Part shown: in pieces, positions 41,679 through 51,168 of the stretch
Position numbering within the stretch: the stretch's first letter is position 1
Layout: each line of letters opens with the position of its first letter
Assembly: GCA_016839805.1 (NCBI GenBank)
Contig: JAEOTO010000007.1
Span: forward strand, 1-64,000
DNA: 64,000 nucleotides
Direction: 5' to 3'
From: Candidatus Hermodarchaeota archaeon
GTDB lineage: Archaea; Asgardarchaeota; Hermodarchaeia; Hermodarchaeales; Hermodarchaeaceae
Made by a program: the position numbers and the translations under genes
The notes under the pieces: generated by a model
Databases searched by the model: none
What the model saw: only the letters and a program-made list of their open reading frames with translations
What the model was told of the DNA's origin: nothing

Positions 41679-42350
41679 TTAGAATCCAACGGTTTCTCCG
41701 AGTAAGATAATTGTTGAATCTGTATGGACAGGTCGGCGTTCAATTATCGTCGTTACATTGCAGATCCTATTCGGTGACTCACAATCTGAACAGATACCAG
41801 TTTTTGCACATGGCACTTGAAAATTTAAGCGTTTAGCGTTCATTGGAGCCGCGACATATCTGATTCTGTCCATGGCTTGTTCCACATTCCTGACTATCTT
41901 ATTTACTCCTGCAATGATGATAACCTTCTGCGGGCCAAAGATCATAGCAGCGACACGTTGACCAGCGTGATCAATGTTAACGAGATGGCCTTCCTCTGTG
42001 ATCGCGTTAGTGCTTGTCAAAAAGATATCCGCGTGTGCCAGCATTTTTCTTGCTTTCATCACGTCTTCCGGTTTTTGTCTTTTCTTTTGTGCCTCCCAGT
42101 GACTAATAATTGTATTTCCTCGTTGTTCAAGGGAATCTACAAGACCAATTTCCCTTATAGTGACAGATCCTCCAACGCCTACTAAGGCATTAGGAGGAAT
42201 AAGCTGTAAGACCCTAGCCATAACTTCATTTCTTGTAGGAAAATACATCACGTCAAAGCCATTCTTTTTCAGTGCAGTCAAGGTTCTTTGAACCTTCTTT
42301 TTCCAATACCAGTTCCTAACCTCCTGCCACACTTTTACATCATGCCACAT
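41679..42350 (-). CDS. LUD domain (lactate utilization LutC/YkgG-like) protein
   Basis: GGSVT, TSTNAIT..G.LVNID, GVNKIV and APMNAKRL...PC...GICSDC...RIC motifs. Confidence 0.85.
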   Translation of the reverse strand: MWHDVKVWQEVRNWYWKKKVQRTLTALKKNGFDVMYFPTRNEVMARVLQLIPPNALVGVGGSVTIREIGLVDSLEQRGNTIISHWEAQKKRQKPEDVMKARKMLAHADIFLTSTNAITEEGHLVNIDHAGQRVAAMIFGPQKVIIIAGVNKIVRNVEQAMDRIRYVAAPMNAKRLNFQVPCAKTGICSDCESPNRICNVTTIIERRPVHTDSTIILLGETVGF

Positions 42351-42461
42351 TTTACCACCACATTAAATGCTAAGTTAACAACCCAAAAATACCTTTCATA
42401 GTAGTACTAGCAAAATCAATAGATATTCAGCATCAATCATTGTAAGGAAAAAATCAAAAAA

Positions 42462-42572
42462 GGTACGAATACATCGATAGTTGAAAAATCTGTAAAGGGG
42501 CATTATGACACTTTTGCAAATTATTGTAACACTTTTTGGCAGAATACAATGGTTATTGCATAATCTGAATTT
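42462..42572 (+). repeat. cassette-boundary repeat, copy G with linkers on both sides
   Basis: GGTACGAATACATCGATAGTTGAAA AATCTGTAAAG GGGCA TTATGACACTT (42487-42513), then a 21-bp sub-repeat and the 39-bp copy of 16680-16718. Confidence 0.8.
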
Positions 42573-42689
42573 GGTTCCTTAGGATTTAAGATGCAGGCGC
42601 TCCTCAGGATAAATGAACACTATTCTAGAATTATTACTATTTGATACTGTGAAATCCTGTCATGGCTTTCCGAGAAAGGGGCTAGGTCC

Positions 42690-43346
42690 TTGCGGCTTAT
42701 CAGTTCTTTTTTTAATTTTTTTGAAGCAGGACCTTTTTTATTCGATGGTTCAAGCATAGCTGTTGAGGGAATATCATTCATTCTTACATTAGTTAGTGGG
42801 GTTTTGGTCTTTGGCGTCCTTCGATGGCGAACACACCGTAAGCTTGCACCCTATCTGGTTACGCTGGGCGTTATGCTCCTTTTCGCGGTGTTGGAAACGT
42901 GGATCGTCACGATTTGGCAGCCCGACCTCGGGCGACGTGATCTAGAAGACGCCGTAGCTAAGTTTTTCGCCTTCCCTTACACCGTAACTATACGTGAAGG
43001 CGAGTTTCTATGGATATATTCCTATATCGGTGTACTCATTGAGTGTGGAAACCTTCGATTGTTTCTCTTTTTATCCCCTACAGTTATTCATGGGTCAGCT
43101 GAAATGGTGTTCTGGTTCGCCCAGATCCGGCTGCTGGCCTTCCGCATCGTCATCAGTTTTCACCTCATCGCCCTCCTCCTCTTCATGCTCATCTTAACCA
43201 GCGTCGATATCATCTACAGGCGATTCCACATCCGAGCTGTCACCAAACACTCAAAGGCAGCCCATGAGGGGTTCTCGTGCAGCTCTGAGGAAGAACGAGC
43301 GGATGGTAGTGTTACTCAAACCGCTTCAAGGAACTTAGCTTCTTAG
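42690..43346 (+). CDS. hypothetical membrane protein
   Basis: Several TM segments; lies between repeat copies G and H; start uncertain. Confidence 0.55.
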   Translation: MRLISSFFNFFEAGPFLFDGSSIAVEGISFILTLVSGVLVFGVLRWRTHRKLAPYLVTLGVMLLFAVLETWIVTIWQPDLGRRDLEDAVAKFFAFPYTVTIREGEFLWIYSYIGVLIECGNLRLFLFLSPTVIHGSAEMVFWFAQIRLLAFRIVISFHLIALLLFMLILTSVDIIYRRFHIRAVTKHSKAAHEGFSCSSEEERADGSVTQTASRNLAS

Positions 43347-43430
43347 TTGAGGAGCACCGGTTAGAGTGGTAGTACTGAAGTTTTGGTGGGTACAATACAC
43401 GTAGCGTGCGGTATTTCCTTTTTTAATCGG

Positions 43431-43465
43431 TTGCAGAATCTGGATAATCCCATTGTGACACTTTC
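43431..43465 (+). repeat. cassette-boundary repeat, copy H
   Basis: TTGCAG AATCTGGATAA TCCCA TTGTGACACTT TT. Confidence 0.78.
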
Positions 43466-43686
43466 TCTTTTGATTATTCACATGAGGCAATATTGCAAAG
43501 TGGGACCATTAGGATGAATATAGAAAATTGGTTTCTCATTTTCATCCGACAAAGAAGGTTAGCTTTAACGCGTCAAATCTATCTATTAAGAGTATTGTTT
43601 CTTTTCCTTTGAATCAGAAATAAACTGTCAAGTAGTTCGACACATTTAAGACTGAACTTTGGAATCGTTCAAATGATTACTCGTAG

Positions 43687-44880
43687 TTGAGTAATTGTTT
43701 AAATATCGAGGTTTCAAACATGCGTATTACTCGAAATTTTCTCTTATTCTTAGCAATGTGTACTTTGCTTCTACCGTTTTTCTCAATTGGTTTTTCAGGG
43801 ATTCAAATGGCGCCTTCAATGACTGTAATGGCCCTGCCTGCTCCAACACTTACACCACGAATTCTTTACTTTACTCAGTTTGCTGATAATACTCCTGCTG
43901 GCGAAGTACAGAATGTCTGGGGGGCGATTAATGATACTCATGGAACCAATTATGTTCGAACCAACCTAACTTCCTACACGGATCTTGCTAGCGAGCTCCC
44001 GAACTGTGATATTCTTCTCATTCCCGAACAAGAGCAGATTTATTCAGAAAATATCACCGCTATTGCGCCAACTTGGCTAACGCCACTTAACACCTTCCTG
44101 AGTCAAGGTGGAATTATAATCGGCATGACCTACTCCAGTGATAACTTCGGACCTATTGCCACTGCGCATATACTCAATGACACGGGATTAATGGATATTC
44201 AGGGATCATCACCTATGACAGGGTCACCGGTCACTATTCTTGACGCTACAGATCCCCTTGTTGATGGGGTAAGTGCATTTACCGCTCCAGATGGCAGTGT
44301 AGATTTCATTACTACAGAAACCGGAATTGTGGCGAATACCACTTTGGGACCAATCCTTCTTCACAAACAGAGTAGTCTTGGGCACATCGTTCTGATGGGA
44401 ATGGATTTCTTTGCACGAGATTCTGAAGCTGACAAAATTCTTGGCAACGCCATCCGATTATACCAACCACCTTCAGCACCGGTTCTAAATGATCCAGGGG
44501 TTACGATTTCAGGATTTCAGGTCCCACTTACTTGGACTGCGGCAACAGACACCGATGGTATTATTGACCATTATGAAGTGCAGGCTAGCGCTGATGCCGG
44601 CTTTTCCATTATTGGTCAAAGTGATACCACAACGATGTTGAATTACAGTTTTACCTTTTTGTCAAATGGAACCTATTATTTCCGCGTTCTAGCTGTTGAC
44701 AATAATACATTAGAAGGTCCATGGAGTACTGTGGTAAGTACCTATATTGAACTCCCACCCTTAACTTTTCCAACTGGTATTCCGGGGTTCCCGATTGAAG
44801 CGATAGCTCTGGGGCTAGTACTTTCATTGGGAATAATTTTCGTCGTACGCCATCATAAACAGCAAAAGGTATCTTCATAG
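43687..44880 (+). CDS. surface protein with fibronectin type III domain and IPGF sorting signal
   Basis: Signal peptide; LTW...YEVQ...YYFRVLAV..GPWS FN3 pattern; IPGFP + TM + basic tail. Likely start ATG 43720. Confidence 0.8.
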   Translation: MSNCLNIEVSNMRITRNFLLFLAMCTLLLPFFSIGFSGIQMAPSMTVMALPAPTLTPRILYFTQFADNTPAGEVQNVWGAINDTHGTNYVRTNLTSYTDLASELPNCDILLIPEQEQIYSENITAIAPTWLTPLNTFLSQGGIIIGMTYSSDNFGPIATAHILNDTGLMDIQGSSPMTGSPVTILDATDPLVDGVSAFTAPDGSVDFITTETGIVANTTLGPILLHKQSSLGHIVLMGMDFFARDSEADKILGNAIRLYQPPSAPVLNDPGVTISGFQVPLTWTAATDTDGIIDHYEVQASADAGFSIIGQSDTTTMLNYSFTFLSNGTYYFRVLAVDNNTLEGPWSTVVSTYIELPPLTFPTGIPGFPIEAIALGLVLSLGIIFVVRHHKQQKVSS

Positions 44881-45084
44881 GGAGATACCTTCTATCCTTT
44901 CTTTTTTGGTTAGATTGTTATCATTTCGCCTACTCTAATGATCATATCAAGGTGTCTATGTGAGGATTTCGAACGATGTGGGTTTTACATTTCAAAACTT
45001 GTTTTACCTGTGTCCCATTTGTCTAAGCCGACTATGAATTCTGGATGTTTCCTTAATTAGAGGAGTATCAACACTATACAAGAG

Positions 45085-45495
45085 CTATGCTCCTGCTTCA
45101 GATCTCTTCGACACTAGACCACCAATGAGTCCGATGAGGCCAGGTAAGAATCCAATGATAAAGGGGAAAATTCCCAGTATCAAGCTTATGATACCAGTAA
45201 TAATTATGCCCATTTTGTGTTCACCAGGATGTCGGAACCAACGGAACCATAGTATCATTGTTATAAGAGACCATACTCCCTGAGCTGCGGAGATTACCAT
45301 AATTGGAACACCAGTGATAAACCAGTAAGCCATTATGTCTGGATGATAATCTGGTGAGCTGGGAACAAACCAACCCGTCCAATAGTAATTCAGATGCAAC
45401 AAATAGAACAGTGCAAAAATAGTGAATGAAGCAAGCATTCCTAGGAGGTGAAGTACTGCTCCTGCGAGGACATAATTTGAACCTTTTTCAGACAT
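45085..45495 (-). CDS. hypothetical membrane protein
   Basis: 3-4 TM segments; paralog of 53850..54184. Confidence 0.7.
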   Translation of the reverse strand: MSEKGSNYVLAGAVLHLLGMLASFTIFALFYLLHLNYYWTGWFVPSSPDYHPDIMAYWFITGVPIMVISAAQGVWSLITMILWFRWFRHPGEHKMGIIITGIISLILGIFPFIIGFLPGLIGLIGGLVSKRSEAGA

Positions 45496-45818
45496 TACTC
45501 TGTTCCCTCCATTCCAGTTGGTAACGTAGCTTCTTTGGCTAGATGTATAAAGCTGTTTGCTATTAAGAAAAAACTGTATTTCAAAGTTTAATATCCACTT
45601 TACGAACCGCTCTTTTTCCTTTACACAATGCCAAATACATGTGTTTTTTCTCGTATGATATATAAGGTAGAACAGGCAATTCTATCTCAGTGCTGGGAAG
45701 ATTGGTTTCAATGAAGTGGCTAAGTGACAACTTAAACGATGAGCGTAGTTTTACTTCTTCTAAGCACTAGTGAAGGCTTTCCGAAGGTTGTATTTAGACA
45801 TGCTGTTACGGCCCTCTC

Positions 45819-48800
45819 TTGCATTTCATCAAGAAATGCGTACTACTACTCTTCGGAAGCGTTCCTCATAATAAAGGAGAGATTTCAATGAAACAATTTC
45901 AAAACAGAAGTAATCGACTACGATTACTCCTTTTCGTTCTCTTGTTATCCATTTCAGCTCTAAGTGTTCCTTACTATTATTCCAATGCACTCCCGATGAG
46001 CGCAAATAACGGCATTCACTCAGAACAGAATTTGGTCTCAACTGCAAGTGCTTTCTCCAAAATCCCATCTACACGATCGACTGATAGACAAGTATCTTCC
46101 GTAATTAATTTCGTTTCACAGCAGGAGATGCCTTCTAGGGTGTTATTGGGAAAATCTAGTTCCTCTCCCTTGACATATGGCACACCACATGGCCCGATCA
46201 TCATTACCAGTGATTCTAATTTCGCAACCCAGGCTGGTAATGAAATGTGGCCAGGGAATGGAAGTAGCAGTAACCCCTATATTATCGCGAGTTTTGATGT
46301 CGATGTTGCTGGAGGTAATTACGGGATTCATATCAGTGATACCACTGTGTATTTCATAATCCAGCATTGTTTCCTTCAAGACGCTATCATTGCTTGTATC
46401 TTTCTTGAACGCGTCCAAAATGGACAACTATTCAATAATACGTGCTATGATTATGACACTGGTATCCTTCTCGAAGATTCAGATGATAATCGAATAACTA
46501 ATAACAACTGTACCATGAGCAAATTTGGCGGATACGGAATCGATCTTGATGATTCACACTATAACGTGATCGCAAATAACACCTGTTCAGACAACGATAG
46601 TCGCGGTATCTATCTTTATTGGTCAGATTTTTGTCAGCTAATTAATAACACCTGCTATGCCAATGATAGGGGTATCATTACAAATGTGGCTGATCACACC
46701 ACGCTCACTGACAACACCTGTTATAGTAATACCTTACGTGGTATTGTCATCTGGGGCGGGGATCAGCTCACTGTCGCAAATAATACGGTTTACAATACAG
46801 GGGCATGGGGGTTTGAAATTGACGCTGTATATGATAGTACCTTCTCAGACAATCTCTGTTACCAAAATAGTCATGGAATGTACATTGAAGGTAATTCACA
46901 AGAAAATCAAATTAGTGATAATACTTGTTATCTTAATGATTACGGCATCTTTCTTAGTGGCTCACGCACCAACAGTATCGTCAACAATAACTGTAGCGAC
47001 AATAATCTTGCTGGAATATCTTTGTCTAATTCAGATTTGAATACTTTGAGCGACAATATCTGTGAAACTAATCTTGAAAATGGCATTAGTCTTACTAACT
47101 CGGATTCTAACACCTTAGACTACAATAACTGCTCAAGTAACACATTGAATGGCATTCACCTCATTAATTCTATTTCCAATAGACTGACTGATAACATCTG
47201 TCAGGACAGTGATATCGGAATCAATGTGGAATATTCACCGAGAAACGAGCTCATTGATAACTTATGCCAGGTCAATGACTATGGTATTTTACTCAACAAT
47301 TCAAAATTCAATCAACTCAGTCACAATACCTGTGAATCTAATAACATCGTAGGCATCCGCCTCTACCAAGTCAATTCCTCAACTGTTATTTACAACGACG
47401 TGAAAACGAATAATATTGGCATTCTCCTCGAAGAATCAGATTCCAACAAGATCTACTATAACACCTTTGAAGATAACACTGGCTATGGTGTTCGAGTTAT
47501 AGGATTTTCACATTTCAATCAAATCAAGTGGAACCTCTTACAGACCAACGTAAACAATGCTTTGGACAACTGCACCAATAATTTGTTTGATTACAACTAT
47601 TGGTCTAACTATACAGGTCCAGATGCCAATTCAGACGGCATTGGAGATATTCCCCATCCGATTCCAGGTTGGGGGAATAATACTGACCCTCATCCAGCAT
47701 TGATTTCACCACTGCCACCAACATGGCTACAACCGCTCGTTAACCAAACCGTTGAATTAGGAACATCCTTTACCTATGATGTCGATGCTGACGCTATTGC
47801 TCCCATGGATACATATTGGATCAACAACACACTCTACTTTACGATTGATGATAGCGGTGTGATTAGCAACAAAGGCCTCATACCAATAGGAACCTATTGG
47901 CTACTCATTATTGCCACGAACGTGTATCAAGCCCAACTAACAGGAATTTTCAATGTGACAGTGGTGGACACCACACCTCCCATCTGGTACGAACAGCCAC
48001 AAGACATGATAATTCATCATGACCAAGATGTTGCCTACCAGGTACCCTTACCCTTTGACCTTTCTGGAATACTGTATATCTGGCTTGAAGGATCGGGATC
48101 CTCAAGGTTTGATATCAATGCAACTGGATATCTTACCAATAATATGTCACTATTCCCTGAGGTTTACAACATCACAGTAGTTGCTGAAGACCCATATCAC
48201 AACTATAATTCCGTAACCTTCTTCATCGATGCAAAAGAATACATTTTCACTCCTCCTGAAGTACCATGGGCAGAAATTAATTTCTGGGTGATACTACTCT
48301 GTTCAATCATTGGAGGAGTAGTCATACTATATCTCAGCGTCCTCATCATAATGAACTTCAGAAAAACTCGTGTCCCCAAGTCATCAACAAACTTACTTCG
48401 ACTCCAGACCCCCATACTTCTCATTGTTCTAATACTACTATTGATTTTTGCACCCCTAATGCACGCAGTTATTCAAGGAGGCACTCAACCCACCGGAAGA
48501 AGCGGAATCACCACCAATCAAACAACACCATTTACTAGTCTAACCGTAGACAGTAAACAAGATCCAATGGTTCCTAGTTCGCCATTTTCCAATCCCTACA
48601 TGATTTGGAATCAAACCTTCTCATTTTCAGATTGGGATGATGGTCGATCACTTGTAGCATGTAGTGATGGAGGATACCTTATCGTGGGACGTACCAGTAC
48701 AGCAACAAATACTGATTTCTTAACGATACGAACTGATGCTAATGGGAATCACCTATGGAATCGAACCTTTGGAGGTCCTGATCATGACTATCCTGAACAA

Positions 48801-50303
48801 GGGATTGAATGCAGTGATGGTGGCTTCGCCATCATTGGATATACAGATAGCTTCGGTCTTTCCACCGGCGCTGTAATTCTCTTACGGTATGATGCCAGCG
48901 GGAACCTCCTATGGAACCAAACATATGACGGAAGTAACTCTGATTACGGTTATTCTTTAACTGAGTATTCAGGTGGAGGCTACTTGCTAACAGGTTACAC
49001 ATACAGTTATGGTACAAATGGTGACATGTGGCTGATTCGTGTAGATTCCAGTGGTACCCATTTATGGAATCAGACCTACGGCGGAGCAGCCTATGATACT
49101 GGGCAATCGATTGTCGAGTGCAGTACTGGAGGTTTTGCCATTGCAGGTAGAACTGGTAGTTTTGGTGTAGGAACCGATATCTGGCTTGTACGTACACTAG
49201 CAGATGGTACAGCGATTTGGAATGCTACTTACGGTGGCTCCAGTTATGAATATGGAAACCAACTGCTTGAAACCACCGATGGTGGCTTTGCAATATTAGG
49301 AAACACCAATTCTTTTGGCGCTGGTGGATCGGATGGTTGGGTGGTCCGTACCAATGATACAGGAATTACTTTATGGAATCAGACTTTCGGTGGTGCTGAT
49401 TACGATGAGTTTTATTCAATTTCTCCATGCCCATCTGGCGGATTTATCGTAGTTGGAGAAACATATGGCTTTGGACCCGGTTTAATGGATGCGACGTTAT
49501 ACCGGATTAATTCAGCTGGTCACCATCTCTGGAATCAAACCTTTGGCGGCATTGAATCCGATGTTGGCTTCTCTGTAGTGAATGCTAGTTCTGGTGGTTA
49601 TGTGTTTGTAGGCTATCTGCGACCAAGTCCATCAGAAACCGTTGTTTGGCTGGTTCATATGTCACCCATTGCCTGGTGGCCTATACCAGTCGATATGGTC
49701 ATCGAGACAGATTCTATATATCACTTTGATGTTACAGTTCAAACTCTTTCTACAATCGATTCTTGGTTGCTCAATGATTTAACTCACTTTTCAATGCAAT
49801 CGATCGAATATTCTAAAGGCGGTATTGCCCGAATAACTACTATTGGTTCACCAAGCCCGAACACCTATAATCTCGCATTGCGAGTAAACGATACCAACGG
49901 CGATTACATACGGGTAAACTTCGCCCTGACCATAACGGCTGTCAGCCCTCCAACATGGGTTGCAGCCCCAACTGACCATAGCATCATCTTTGGTGAGCGA
50001 TTCCAAGATCAACTCAATGCAACTGATGAAAGTGGTATTGATCATTGGTGGCTTAATGATACAGAACACTTCTCGATCAATATGTTTGGTGTCATAAGGG
50101 ATAATGCCATTCTTCCGATTGGTATCTACGCTGTTCAGGTTTCAGTCAACGATACCCTTGGCAATACCTTATCAGGCGATTTCATTCTTACGGTGATAGC
50201 TGGTATACCTCCAATACCATGGCTTCCTACAGTTCTCGCAGTTACACTACTTGTCGTCATTATTGTTGTATTATTCGTAATTTATCAGAAAGTACGCAAA
50301 TAA
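45819..50303 (+). CDS. large surface protein: parallel beta-helix (NosD/CASH-like) + Ig-like + 2 TM + beta-propeller-like repeats + Ig-like + TM
   Basis: Many N.I.NN.C..N..GI.L repeats; WNQT(F/Y)GG repeats; C-terminal PPIPW-TM-basic tail. Likely start ATG 45888. Confidence 0.82.
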   Translation: MHFIKKCVLLLFGSVPHNKGEISMKQFQNRSNRLRLLLFVLLLSISALSVPYYYSNALPMSANNGIHSEQNLVSTASAFSKIPSTRSTDRQVSSVINFVSQQEMPSRVLLGKSSSSPLTYGTPHGPIIITSDSNFATQAGNEMWPGNGSSSNPYIIASFDVDVAGGNYGIHISDTTVYFIIQHCFLQDAIIACIFLERVQNGQLFNNTCYDYDTGILLEDSDDNRITNNNCTMSKFGGYGIDLDDSHYNVIANNTCSDNDSRGIYLYWSDFCQLINNTCYANDRGIITNVADHTTLTDNTCYSNTLRGIVIWGGDQLTVANNTVYNTGAWGFEIDAVYDSTFSDNLCYQNSHGMYIEGNSQENQISDNTCYLNDYGIFLSGSRTNSIVNNNCSDNNLAGISLSNSDLNTLSDNICETNLENGISLTNSDSNTLDYNNCSSNTLNGIHLINSISNRLTDNICQDSDIGINVEYSPRNELIDNLCQVNDYGILLNNSKFNQLSHNTCESNNIVGIRLYQVNSSTVIYNDVKTNNIGILLEESDSNKIYYNTFEDNTGYGVRVIGFSHFNQIKWNLLQTNVNNALDNCTNNLFDYNYWSNYTGPDANSDGIGDIPHPIPGWGNNTDPHPALISPLPPTWLQPLVNQTVELGTSFTYDVDADAIAPMDTYWINNTLYFTIDDSGVISNKGLIPIGTYWLLIIATNVYQAQLTGIFNVTVVDTTPPIWYEQPQDMIIHHDQDVAYQVPLPFDLSGILYIWLEGSGSSRFDINATGYLTNNMSLFPEVYNITVVAEDPYHNYNSVTFFIDAKEYIFTPPEVPWAEINFWVILLCSIIGGVVILYLSVLIIMNFRKTRVPKSSTNLLRLQTPILLIVLILLLIFAPLMHAVIQGGTQPTGRSGITTNQTTPFTSLTVDSKQDPMVPSSPFSNPYMIWNQTFSFSDWDDGRSLVACSDGGYLIVGRTSTATNTDFLTIRTDANGNHLWNRTFGGPDHDYPEQGIECSDGGFAIIGYTDSFGLSTGAVILLRYDASGNLLWNQTYDGSNSDYGYSLTEYSGGGYLLTGYTYSYGTNGDMWLIRVDSSGTHLWNQTYGGAAYDTGQSIVECSTGGFAIAGRTGSFGVGTDIWLVRTLADGTAIWNATYGGSSYEYGNQLLETTDGGFAILGNTNSFGAGGSDGWVVRTNDTGITLWNQTFGGADYDEFYSISPCPSGGFIVVGETYGFGPGLMDATLYRINSAGHHLWNQTFGGIESDVGFSVVNASSGGYVFVGYLRPSPSETVVWLVHMSPIAWWPIPVDMVIETDSIYHFDVTVQTLSTIDSWLLNDLTHFSMQSIEYSKGGIARITTIGSPSPNTYNLALRVNDTNGDYIRVNFALTITAVSPPTWVAAPTDHSIIFGERFQDQLNATDESGIDHWWLNDTEHFSINMFGVIRDNAILPIGIYAVQVSVNDTLGNTLSGDFILTVIAGIPPIPWLPTVLAVTLLVVIIVVLFVIYQKVRK

Positions 50304-50307
50304 TTCA

Positions 50308-50342
50308 GGGAGCCCCCTCAGGGCTCCCCTTACAACTTTTTT
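50308..50342 (+). terminator. terminator hairpin
   Basis: GGGAGCCC-CCTCA-GGGCTCCC followed by a T tract. Confidence 0.65.
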
Positions 50343-50518
50343 GGCTGATTGAAAGAAAGCATTTTCTATGAATCAACGCCAGAACATCTGTTATCTGAAT
50401 AAAACGACTGTATCGTGAAGTTAATGTTTTATAGAACATAGGAAGCAGTACACTAGGCGCATAAGGAAGGTTTCACACACTAGTTGAATCAACTAGTGAT
50501 AAACACAGCACTTAGATT

Positions 50519-51055
50519 GTGTGTTCACTACTTGTCAGTGAGATGGTAACGATGTGTTGGGTCCTTCAACCCGTGGTTCTTCCCCCCGATCTCTTACTTT
50601 TAATCATTCTTTTCGTTGGGGGTCTTGTCGCTATTATCGTAATTGGATTTATTTTATTAATCGTCTACTATGCCTATAGGAGATCGATACGAAAAAAAGC
50701 GGAACGCGCTGGAGTCTATATAGGAGAAAATCTTCCCTCAAAGAGAGTATGGAACTTCTGTAGCAATGTATGGGTCATCTTTCTTTGTGTGATGCTGTTA
50801 ATTATCATGGTTGTTCCGCAATTATTTTTTTCCTTCTTTACCATCCCAATAAATCTAACAGCTGAGACGGTGGTGTTGATTGTGTGGGGATTAGCAATTA
50901 TTTGGGCTGTAGGAATTCCCCTCTTCATGGTCATCATTACTATAGCAGATTGCCTTTGGCTTAGAAATGAATATCTGAGTGCTATTGGTGAAAAATCGCT
51001 AGGTCAAAAATCGGCTGATTATACGGAAGCTGAACCAGAAAACAGTACAGAGTAA
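50519..51055 (+). CDS. 3-TM membrane protein (RKKAERAG paralog family)
   Basis: RRSIRKKAERAGV matches RSIRKRAAEAGV in 36317..36892. Confidence 0.68.
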   Translation: MCSLLVSEMVTMCWVLQPVVLPPDLLLLIILFVGGLVAIIVIGFILLIVYYAYRRSIRKKAERAGVYIGENLPSKRVWNFCSNVWVIFLCVMLLIIMVVPQLFFSFFTIPINLTAETVVLIVWGLAIIWAVGIPLFMVIITIADCLWLRNEYLSAIGEKSLGQKSADYTEAEPENSTE

Positions 51056-51168
51056 GTAAGGATAGCTTTTCACGTGTTATGTATTTATTAATTCCAAACT
51101 CCATACAAGTCTAACATGGTGCGAGGAAGAATGGGTTCACAGGTCAGTGAATTACCAAAAAGAAATTA

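Noticed and set aside
42601-42626. Possible collapsed repeat copy (CAGGATAAATGAACACTATT); similar partial matches near 16421, 40155, 45037 and 50392
   Set aside because: Only half of the motif matches, which is too weak in AT-rich DNA without a PWM score.
12964-43465. CRISPR array or classical integron attC interpretation of the repeat
   Set aside because: Copies are degenerate and irregularly spaced, with whole genes between them. There are no cas genes, no GTTRRRY/RYYYAAC cores and no intI in the window.
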